Notes under the pieces: model-generated
The model's input: the letters and a program-made list of their open reading frames with translations, nothing else
What the model was told of the DNA's origin: nothing
Database searches by the model: none
In this document: positions 1-12,000 of the stretch, piece by piece
Position numbering within the stretch: the first letter of the stretch is position 1
How the letters are laid out: the number at the start of each line of letters is the position of its first letter
Program-made: the position numbers and the translations under genes
IMG/VR virus record: IMGVR_UViG_3300017721_001070
Source of the DNA: an uncultured virus (IMG/VR IMGVR_UViG_3300017721_001070)
Lineage: Duplodnaviria > Heunggongvirae > Uroviricota > Caudoviricetes > Kyanoviridae
DNA: 20,000 nt
Direction: 5' to 3' (one strand)

Positions 1-3000
1 TCAACATCCTTAGTTCCTCTATAGAAATAGATGGCAATATTATCAGATTTGAGTGGTGCAGCCGTAAAGTTGAAATTGAAACTTGTACCACCAGAGAAGA
101 AGTAATCTTTCCCAGGAGTTTGTATCACGCCGTTCACAAATACTAGAAGAACAGCATCAAGATCAATTAGTGCTGATTGTGGATTTTGCTCATCCTTCTG
201 GAAACTGAGACTAGCTCCATTCAAATTTAGAGGGAATCTAGTTCTCACACCATTTTGCAGAGAACTAATTGAGTCAATATAGTCAACTTGTCCGAAGTTC
301 CAAGAAGAGAATGTATCATTTGAAATTTCAGTAACTTCAAAGATCATGTCAGTAAAGATAGTTCCCACTCCAGTAGCAGTAACTAAACCGACTGGTTTGA
401 ACTTATCACCACGTCTAAATCCAAATCCAGTATCAGCAAGTCTAAATCCACTAGCTTCAAACACTGTCGAACCAATACCTGTTGTTGTAGAAGCAGAAAC
501 AATAACATTAAGTTTCGCAGCGAATCCAGAATCAGTTGTTTCGCCAACAGCAACACGAGATACACCCACTACAGGCATTTCAGAGTAATTTGGATCTTCA
601 ATATTAATTGTTGGAGATGTATAACCTGTTCCAGCGTTAGTAATTGAGAAGATCGCTGTTCCACCTAAACCTGCAGTAGCAGTGATTGATGCATTAGTTC
701 CTTCATGACCAACTTCTTCAATATCTACGTTAATTGCACCAAAATAACCAGATCCAAACGTTAGACCAGAATAATATTCGGCCGCTTCTCCACTAGGAAC
801 ACCTCTTCTTCTGCTAGGAACATATGTATGTGCAAAACCAACTTTCAATACATCAACTTCAAATTTATTATCATCTATAATTGTTCTGATGGAATATGGG
901 TTGGCATACTTAACACCAAATACAACACCATGATCATCATAGATATGGTCAATTGTGGAAACTCCTACATTAGTGATAATTTGATTAGGAGCAGGAAGAC
1001 CAAAGATCTTGAATTCAGATCCTTGAGTTCCATCTGGGAAAATTGAAGTTGTGATGCCAATTCTAACCTTACCAGTTCCAGAAACATAATCGTGAGCAAT
1101 TGTAGAAATACCTACGTTTGTAACGATTGATGTTCCAGAACTTCCAGCATTAACATTAAAGTAGAAACCTTGAGTTCCATCTGGGAATATAGTTGTTGTC
1201 ACGCCTGCATGAGGAGCTGCACATGAGAATTCAATATCGCGAAGCATTACCAAATCACCATCACTTAAACCATGATTATCTGCTGTTAGGATTGTACTAA
1301 CGCCAGTTGATGCAGTGTAATCAAAGTCATAGATAGCAATCTCATTACCATATGCAAGACAAGTCATTGCAATTCCAGAGAGATTAATTACATCTCCAAT
1401 GGCAAGACCACTGTAATTTTTCTTAGTAGTAATAGTTGAGAAACCAGTTGTCTTATCATATTCAAAATTAGAGATTGCGAAAGGAATACCTCTATTGTCT
1501 GGGAATCTAGTGGTCGTGAATCCAGTCTCAACAACACCTCCACTATGAGCAACATAAGTGTGTGCAAATCCAACTGGTAGAGCATTTACTGAGAAGTTCT
1601 TAGAGTCGATTACTTTTCCAACTTTATAACCACCAACAAATTTGACACCTTGGGCAACACCATTAGCTGAATAAGTATGTGCAATTGTGGAAGGACCAAC
1701 GTTAATCTTAATCTCAGTTCCAGAAGGAACATCTAGAACTTCAAACTCATCAATAATTGTGTCTGGGAAGATGGTTGTAGTTACTCCAGAGTGCTCTGAG
1801 GAACATGTAAATTCAATATCCTTAAGTCTTACAAACTCACCAGTAGTAATATTGTGAGTCTTTCTGGTTGCGATTGTGCTAACACCAGTTGCTTCAGTAT
1901 AATCGAATCCAGAAATTGCCCATTCAATTCCAAGATCACTTGGGAATACGTTAGTCGTAATACCAGTTTCAACGTTTCCACCACTATAAGCAATGTATGT
2001 GTGAGCAAATCCAACAGTTGGAATCTGAGCTTCAAACTCAGTAGTGGAGTTGACCTTGGTTACATTGAATCCTTCATCATATTGAACTTCAGATAGGATA
2101 CCATGTGCGGAATATGTATGGGCGATAGTTGAGATGCCAACGTTGACATTGATTGTAGAAGCGCCAACACCAGTTACCTTAAAGGTATCTCCTTGGGTAC
2201 CATCAGGGAAGATAGTTGTTGTTACACCAGCATGTTCTGAAGAACATATAAATTCAATATCTTCTAGTTTGATATCTGTACCAACTGAAATTTCATGATT
2301 TCCAGATAGTGTGATTATGCTTGATCCACTGTTCTCAGTATATTCAAAGTTGACAATTGCAAACTGCTTACCTTCAGAACTTGGGAAGACATTAGTAGTA
2401 ACACCAGACTGAACAAGACCACCACTTACATATGTGTGAGCAAATCCAACAGTGTCTATCTGAGCCGTAAACTCTGTACCAGATCCTACATTTGTGACTG
2501 TGTATCCCTCAAGATACTTAACACCAGAGACAAAACCACCACTATCATAAGTATGTGCAATGGTAGAAATACCAACGTTGACTTTTAGTTCAGTTGCAGA
2601 GGGAACTGATAGAACTTCATATTCAAATCCTTGAGTGCCATCAGGGAATGTTGTTGTAGTAACGCCAGCGTGCTCTACATCACATGTAAACTCAATGTTT
2701 CTAATATCAACTGTTTCTCCAATAGTTATGTTGTGGTTTCTGTTGACGGTAATTGTACCAACACCAGTAGACTCGGTATAATCAAATCCAGTAATTCCAT
2801 ATTGAATTCCAGCTTTGCTTGGGAACTTAGTTGTTGTGATTCCAGTTTCAACTGTTCCACCACCAATTGGAATATGTGGAATAGTCGTTATACCGACCTG
2901 AGTAGTGAACTGAGTGGCGCTTAGAGTAGACTCTACGGTATTGAAGATTCTACCATTTGTGCCATCGGGGAAAATAGTTGTAGTGACACCAGCATGTTCT

Positions 3001-6000
3001 TCTGTACATGCAAATTCAAGATCAGCCAATCTCAAGGACATTCCTTTATTGAGAAGATGATTGGTGCTTGTAGTGACAGTTAGGATACCAGAAACATGAT
3101 CATACTCAGTACTGGAGATTCCCAATTGGGTGTCAAATCCCTTCTGACACTCCATTTCAAGATCATAGAACTTGACCTTCATATTTCTGTTTAGTTCGTG
3201 ATCACCGATTGTGGAAACAGTGATAATACCAGAAACATTATCATAATCTGCTGTGTAGATTCCAACCGTAGGTAAGAATTCTTTAGTACATTCAAACTTC
3301 AGGTCATGGAACTTGACCTTCATATTTCTATTCAGGTCATGTGCAGAACTTGTAGTTACAGTAATGATTCCAGAGAGATGATCGTAACTAGCAGTAGAAA
3401 CTCCAAGTAGATTGTCAAATCCTTTAGTACACTCAAACTTGAGATCTCTGAACTTAACTTCCATATCTTTGTTCAGGAAGTGATCTGTCTTCGTCGTGAC
3501 AGTCATAATGCCTGATACATTATCATAATCTAGTGCAGAAACACCGACCAGACTGTCATATCCACTTGTACAATCAAATTCAATATCTCTCATAGAAACA
3601 AAGTCGCCAATCTTGAAACCATGTGCATTTTCAGTTGTTACTGTTCCAATACCAGAAGATTGGGTATAGTCGAAGTTTGTGATTGTGCTGTAAGTTCCTA
3701 CAGTTTCAACACCAACAACGGTTGTAATGGATCCAGAGGCATCTACATCTACAATAACCTTAGCACCAACCAAAGGTGCTATTCCTGTACCACCAGTGTA
3801 TGCCAGAGAAACAATAATACCACCCTTAGGAAGCTGGTTTGCGTTAACATCATCAAATGATAGATATGGATCACCAGTAATTAACTTTGTACCACTAAAT
3901 TGTAGATTTACACCCTCAGAATCTGTTTCTAGAGAATACACATTAAGTGGGTTGTTATCAGTAGTTTGTCCTTGATGAATACCATTGATGAATACCACAC
4001 CACTTCCAGATGCAGTTTCTAATCCAACTGGCCTATTTCCTCCAGAAGTTAATCTAAATGTCTGTGCAATTCCAGTAAATTGTGTGGATACATCATCATA
4101 GATTTCATTTAGACTATAATCTTGCTTTAGATAAACTCTTCCGCTGAAAGAAGATCTTGTATAGAATAGATTTCTATCATCGGTTAAGAAGTCAGCACCA
4201 GCACCTTTTGGCGGATCAGTAAAGTGAATTGTTGATTGGATAATATTATAAGCACCTCTAAACAACTCAACATCTGCACCATGTGAATACAAATCAACAA
4301 CTTTCGTTCCTAGAGCAGCTCTATCCACATTAACAACATTAAATGTCCCAACACCAGAGATTGGACCTACATTAGATGAAGCCGCACCAATGTTGCGAAC
4401 TTTCATAAATTCATCATCAATTTTTAACAAATCTCCAGGAACAATAGTAGAAATTCCAGAAATTGCAAAGAATGTTCTGGAAGATCCAACTTCTTCTTTC
4501 GTCTGATAAACAATGTTTGTACTTGAAACAGGATCCTGAATAATACCATCAATAGTAATAAACGTTTTGGATAGTTTCTTAGTAGTCTCAATTGTGTGAG
4601 CATTTCCACCACCAGTAGCAGTAATTGCCGCACCAATTTTTCTAGCAGCAAAATCTTTCTTAGTTGCAAACTTAATAGTGTTTGGATCAACAACAATTGC
4701 AAAGAGTTGACTTGGTAGAATATTTGTACTAATTCCAGTTGTATAATTCTGTCCTACGGTACTTGCAAGAGCCACTTGAGACATTGAAACTGCAATTCCA
4801 AGACGCTCAGAATAATATGTACTTCCAACGCCAACAGGCAAATTATTGTCTACAGTAATAGAATTAATACCAATTGATGTGATTGTTCCAAAACCAGTTT
4901 CAGTATCAAGTTCTCTAATAGTATCTCCAATTGCCAAGACAGATGTATTTGCTACTCCACTAATAATCTTGCCACCATCAGTATCCCCAAAGAAGAATCT
5001 GAAAGAAGATCCAATACTAACAATAGTAGTTCCTGTAGAAACAGTAACACCAATAATTTCATCTCCAACATTTATATTTAAATCTGTGCTTGCAGCAGAA
5101 ACTATCTTAGAGTTAATTACAGAGTCGCCAATGAATTCTGATCCACCAGCAAGTGTATTTGCAATACCAATAGATTCAGAATTGACACCAATAATTGATG
5201 ATGCTGCAGTGTAAATAATTTCCTGTGTATTGAACAGGAAGTGGTTGGGAATATTAAGTTCTCCAGTTGATAGATCTAAAATTGAACTATTAGTTGGATT
5301 GAAAGATCTAGCAAAAATTAGATCACCATTGTGCTTGAGATCAAAATCTAACTTATCATTTGGAGTATATACAGCTTGTGCAAGATCGTTAATTGATACT
5401 CCATATGGGAAATCTGGAATAGCAGCAATATTTGTATCTTGTTCTTTATAGATAATTTCACTATATTGAGAAATCTTAATGTTTTCTCCATTGTACTTAC
5501 TATCGGGAATGAATAGTAAGTTTGCAAAAGGACCATTAAATTCACCACTAAAAGTACCAAGACCAATTGGTGTATTGACTCCAGTCTGTGCATATTCAAG
5601 AATCATTGTATCTACAAGACCATTATCCTGAGAGAATAGGACTTGACTCATAGAAATAGTTTCTCCAATTGCAACTCTAACAACAGATTTAGCGTATCTA
5701 TCAATTAGTGTTGATAATCCGACAACAGTAATACCATAACCAGCAGATGTTTCTTCAATTTTGTTGGACTCAACTCTTGCAGTTCTTTCAGATCCATCAT
5801 CCTGACCAGCAAGTTTGATGTGATAAGAAGAAAGACCAACATTTGAATTCTGCAATCCAACAACATTGAATTTAATTTGTGTTGTTTGTGCAGTATTATT
5901 ATGGAAATCAATCGCTAAAGTATCATTAGCAACTACATCAGTTTTTAGATATGCTCCAAAAGTACCGATAGCTCCAAATGATAATCTCTCCCTGTCATCA

Positions 6001-9000
6001 GAACTGAATCCATATTCAGACATATGAACATTTGTTCCATCGTTAATAACAGTTAGCTCAGAATAACTCAGTTCATTTGTAGTTGTATTTTTAATTTCAG
6101 CATATACCATTAAGGCATCATATTCAGAAGAACCTACTCCAATAATTGTAGTAGTTATGCCCGTAAGAACTGGTTTTGTAATTCCAAATAGTTCAGTATC
6201 ACCAACACTAAATGATCCAATTCCACTTGTTCTAGAGTCAAACAGTTGTCTGAAAACTTTAATGTTATATGTTTTGGTTGGATTTGATGGTGTAAATCTA
6301 ACTTTTAAATCAATAGATATACTATCATAAATTGATGTAATCTCACCGATAGTTTCTTCCTCTTCAGGAATGAGTGGTAATACTCCAGAGGACTTAATCC
6401 TAGACTTTTCTAAGATGAATGAATTTTCATTACCATCATTAGTTACAATAACTTCATGAATTTCATAATGTGTTGGATCTAGTACATCAGTAACTAAAAT
6501 ATAAAGTTTAGATGTTCCCGCAATTGGTGGAAATACCAAAATATCTTTAAATGAACCTTGAAGGTTTTCACTATCAACGAATTCAGTACTAATATCATCA
6601 ATTGTTAGAACTCTATTTGTAATACACTCAATATAAGAAGATAGTTTTTTAGAACCAAATTTGATTGAACTTGTGGTACCTTCAGCTACATCGGTATCAA
6701 CAGCAAAGTCAAAATTTCTCAGTGTAGTAGTATTTGTTTCACTAATATAATCAAGGATAATATTTTGGGTTGTCGTATCTTTATAATCAGGAATAACTCC
6801 TACAGACTCAATCAACGTATTGGCAAAATTCTTTGTACCTGCAATATGAGTTAGTCTGTTTACAGGACCACTAAACTCAGTAAACTCTAAAGGACTACTA
6901 ATAGAATAAGATAACTTTTGATAGTAATCATTGTCAGGTATTACCTGATAATCAGTGTTAAGGAATCCAATCTCATCATCCCATCCAAAGTTTTGATTAA
7001 TGCCATAATCAACGTCATAAGAACCTTCAAATCTATTAATATTTTTAATATTTGCCCTTGTACCAGAAACTGAACCAAAGATCCTATCACCAGACTCTAA
7101 TACATAATCGCCAAAAGTTTTTAAAACATTTCCTTCAGATTTTGTTACAATTAGATCAGTGTCTACAAAATTTGCAGATAGTGGAGTCTTTACTTGCAGT
7201 CTCTCATTGATGGTAAAATTATCTGGTTCGATCGAAACTTCAAATGTTGGATAGTTTTCAAATTTAGAAACATTTCCAAAAATAACGTCAGTTACAGCGA
7301 TACCAGCATTAGTTGTAAAGTCTTGAAGACTATATGTTAGAGTTGATGGATTAATACCGCCATTAAAACTCTGCACCTCAAAGAATGTGAATCCATAATC
7401 TTTAGAGTTGAATCCATCACCAACACTTCCAAATGTCTGAAGACCATCAATAAAGATTTTGTCTCCAGCCTTAAATGGTGACGTTGTGAATCCAAGAACA
7501 GGAGTTCTCAATGTTACAGTTACAATACCCGTATTAACACTGTCAACCTCAGTGATAGAAATTCCATTACTATTTGAAATACTATAAACACTATGTCCAA
7601 CACCAGCTAGTCCAGAAGGTGTGCTTACAATTTCTACAGTCTCAATGGATCCAGAACTTAATTTTGCGATAATTTCTGCATCTTCAACTTCTGTTTTAGT
7701 TACTGAATTTACTAGTACTAAATCTGGAGGAGTAATAAAGTTTTGACCGCCATATACAGTCTTAATTTCTTTTACTTTATTGGAATTGCTAACATCATAA
7801 TATGTTGGAATATCTGCAACAGGTTTTAGTGTTTTATCTTGAGAGAAATCAAATCCTGGTTTTTCAATAACAACAGACTGTAAAGCTCCAATAGTCTTAG
7901 ACTCCGCAAATACCTCAGCGTTTACTCCTTCTTCACTTCTAATTGAAGTGATACCAGGTATTCTCTTATAAGAATCTCCTGCAGAAAGAATTCTAACATT
8001 TGAAATGCCACCGTTAGATGTTTTAGATCTAGTAGTATAGGATAGCACTTCACACTCAGTTTTTGCATAAGAAACCCTTTCTGGAGTTTGCTGTAGAGAA
8101 ACTGTAAATGATGTTGTAGAAGCTGCTGCACCAATAACCTTTGTTTTAATATTATAGTTACTATCAATAAATGAAATCTTAGAATAGTTCTTTGATGCAA
8201 AATCTGGTTCAATAAGATCGCCTTTCTTAATATTGTAGAAGAGTTCGTTGGGTAGATCTTCAGTAAATTGTACGGTAAATGTGGCAGTAGTTCCTAATCC
8301 AACAGTTCCATTTCTGGTAACCTGGAATATATCGGTATTACCTGTACCAATAAATTCAGTTCTAAATGACTGATCTAGATATAGATCAAAATCATAGTTA
8401 AACAAAGATTGATGTGACAAATCAAATTTTATATTGTTATTCCTAACAATTCTCAAGTTTGGATTTATCTTGGCAATCGTATGTGAAGTTCCTCCAATTG
8501 AAGTGAAGGATACGGTTTTAATAGTTTTACCTTCTAGATCTTTCTTGGTTTCAACTAAGGAGAAATTATTTTTGTCAATTGAGTATACAAAGTACTTTCC
8601 AGTTGAAAATCCAGCTGGTAGTTCAGAGGAATTGTAGTAGACCAGATCTCCAGTCTCAAAACCATGATTATTAATGGTGAATTTTGAGCTAGAAATTCCA
8701 ACTGAAGAAGAAGTGAATCCTACTGGATCAATAATGATGTTCTGAATATCTTCTTGGAATTGAACCCTAATTTCAGTTGATGTTCCAATACCAACTGTTA
8801 GGTTTGGTTTTACTTGGAGAGTGACATCATCACCAAGGGATAATCCATGACGTGATGCTCCATTAATTGTTGCAGAAAGTCTAGAAACATCTCCCCTAAC
8901 TTGTAGAGGTTGTGTTGTGAGTTTATATTGATAATTATCACTTCCAAAGTTGTGGAACGCTAATTCTTCGCCGTTAATTTCTGTTTTAATACCAATTAAG

Positions 9001-12000
9001 TTTTTACCTTTATCGGTTAGATATACAATCTGAGAATCTGTGCCATCAGCAGGCAAAGAGAAAGTCGTCAATCCAACATTAGATGAAACAATTAATGGTA
9101 AAGTTGTACTTAGTTTTTCAAAAATTGCTTTTTGATTTGTATTGAATTTGTGATCTTGAATATGAATAGATTTTGATAAAATATCTCTTTCTGTCGTAAA
9201 TCCAGATACTGTATATTCCCTAGTAGTTGTTAGACCAGCAATAGTTCCAAGACCAACTGTTTCTTTAGGATTGAAATATGCAATTTCTTTTTTGTTAGAT
9301 ACAAATCCATCGCCTGCAAGAGATATCTCAAAACTATTTGGTCGTAGATTTACAGGTGCTCCTATTGTATGCCCAATAGAAGTAGTGCCTCTTATAGCTC
9401 TAACTACACCAATGAATCTATTTGCAACGGTATTTGGTTTATAAACATTAAGTACAGTTAACTCTTCTCTATTACCTACAGTACCAATAGAAACTCTACC
9501 ATCAGGTCTTAAAAACTCTGGAATTGGTGAGACTGTAATATCAGTTACAATACCACCAAAAGGTTCATTAGGCATTGATGTTTTTAATTTTGTAAATTCT
9601 GTCGGAACAGAAATTTCATGAGAATCTGCCAATCCACTAATAAATGTAGATAATCCAGATATACTAATTATTTCTCCTGTGGAATATTGGTGGAAAGTTC
9701 CAATAACACCAGTTATTTTGTCTACATCAGTTCTTTCAAATACAATATCCTTATATGTTAGTGTAGATTCAACAAGTGTATCTACTGGTTTTCCTTTTAA
9801 TTCAGAAACTTCTGCTGAAGCCCCACCTCCATTAGTCTCTTCATTGTTGAAATCAATCTTATCCCCAACTTTATAATCATCACCAGATTCAACAATTACA
9901 ACAGACTCTATACCACCAGAGTTGATTTGATCTACAACAATTCTCTGATTTTCTAATTCATATGGTTCAACAAAAAAGTCATAGTCTGCGTTTTCTTCAG
10001 AAACTGCATATGGGTAAGTATTTCTAAGTACACCTGAATTATTAAAATCAAATTCTTGACTTAATGACTCCTCTTGTCCAGAAAGATTCTCTACGACAAC
10101 ATTGGATCTATATGAATCACCAATGAAATATGGGAAACTTGGTTCTAGATCTCCACTGAGAGGATTAGTACTCTTGGTTGCATAGTATACATAAGTTCCT
10201 TTTGGAAACTCTGGAGTTTTTGCAAATCTACCATTAGATTCATCAAGATCTCCATTTCCTACAAAATAGTAATCTTCCACAAAAATTCCTTGTGGGAATC
10301 CAATTGGTCTATTACCCACTCGACTAATATCAATTTGATATCCTGATACTATTTCACGAATATCTGATACTGAGTCATTTGGGTCAACATATCCATATAT
10401 TCCATAAATTGGATTGCCATCATAAGCCCAACCAATTAGGGGAGAATGTGATGTTTCATCAGTATCTTCAAATTCGGTTGCAAGTTTACTTGTGTACCCC
10501 CCAACTCCATACTGTAAACCGACATCATCACCTTTATTCAATAAACTTACGCCAAGATCATTTTTGAACTTATAATTTCTATTGATTGTAAGACTTCTAA
10601 TTTTCGGTGCGATGAATCCCCTGTTTCCTCTAGGGATTGCAACAACTCTTGTTGTGTCAGAGTCGTATCCAATTCCCCCATTAATTACAGCAATAGAATC
10701 AATCTTTTGATTTTTTATAATTGCCCTAAAGATGGCACCAGTTCCTTTTAAATCTTCGGCTATGATATCTGGCACTGAGAAATATTCTTTTCCGCCTTCT
10801 TTTACAATTACGGAATTAATTCTTCCATTTATGATAGATGGCTCAAGTTCTGCACCTTTACCATTAAGAATGTCAACAGTTGGATTTTTTTCAAAGTTTA
10901 AGATATCAGAACCATAAGATGAACCTTTTTCATATAACAACGTATTGACAATAGAACCCTTAACAATTGCAGTTGCAGTAACAACACCAACTGTATTTGC
11001 AATGGATACATTTACATCTACAGTAATTGGGGGATAGTTAAATTCATGATATCCAGACCCAATGTTTTCAAATTTTTCGGTTAATGATCTATCAAAGTTA
11101 GTTCTATCAGTACCACCAACTCCAGCAAATGCAATTCTAAATTTATCATCATTTACTTTTATAACAAAATATTGATTAGATGTACTAATACCTGTTAGAG
11201 GAGTGCCAGTTGGAGTATATGTAATTAACTCACCTGTTGAGAATCCATGATTTTTAAATTCTAGTGTATTTGATACTGTAGAGATACCAGTAGTTTGAAT
11301 GGATACTTTTCTATTCTCATAACCGCTACCAGAATCTAATACATTTACACCAATAATCTTTTTAGTTGGTCGTAATAATCTAAATGACTGTCTACCACCA
11401 TAATTTCCTGTTGTAAAACCAACTGTATTGATACCACTGTTTAAATCATTAAGAGTTTCATAAAGTCTGAAAGTGGTTGGTGATAGAATTTCTGTATAGT
11501 AAACTCCGCCAGTCTCTAGGAATTTTCCAGTAGTTATTGTTGCACCAAAACCTGATGCTACAGGAATTGGGGCATTTCCTGCAGGATCATATACTACAAC
11601 TTCTCCACTTCCAAAATTGTGATTACTGATGGTTTGAATTTTAGAATCTTCACCAAAACCAACGCCACCATCATTTTCCTCAAGCTGTGACTTGAAAGAA
11701 ACAGATCTAAAACTATCAACAACTACAGGTTCTACTAATGCACCAGATCCATTTCCACCTTTTATTTCAATACCAAATACATTTTCAATATTGAAATCTT
11801 GACTATCAATTAATACAGTTTCTAAAGATCCACGGACAGCTAGGTTAGCTAAAGCGGTAGTCGCTCCAGAAACATTAGGTGCAGATATTCTAACTGCGGG
11901 TGGATTGGATACATCATAACCAGTTCCAGAACTAACAACAAAAATGCTTTCTAATGGTCCAAAATAAACTTTATCGTCAGTTTTATAGTTAACAATTTCC

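Noticed and set aside
3000..3705. Regularly spaced repeats as a CRISPR array or DGR template/variable repeat pair
   Set aside because: The period is a multiple of 3, the repeats are degenerate and protein-coding, there are no unique spacers, I saw no adenine-specific mismatch pattern, and no cas or reverse transcriptase gene is in the window.
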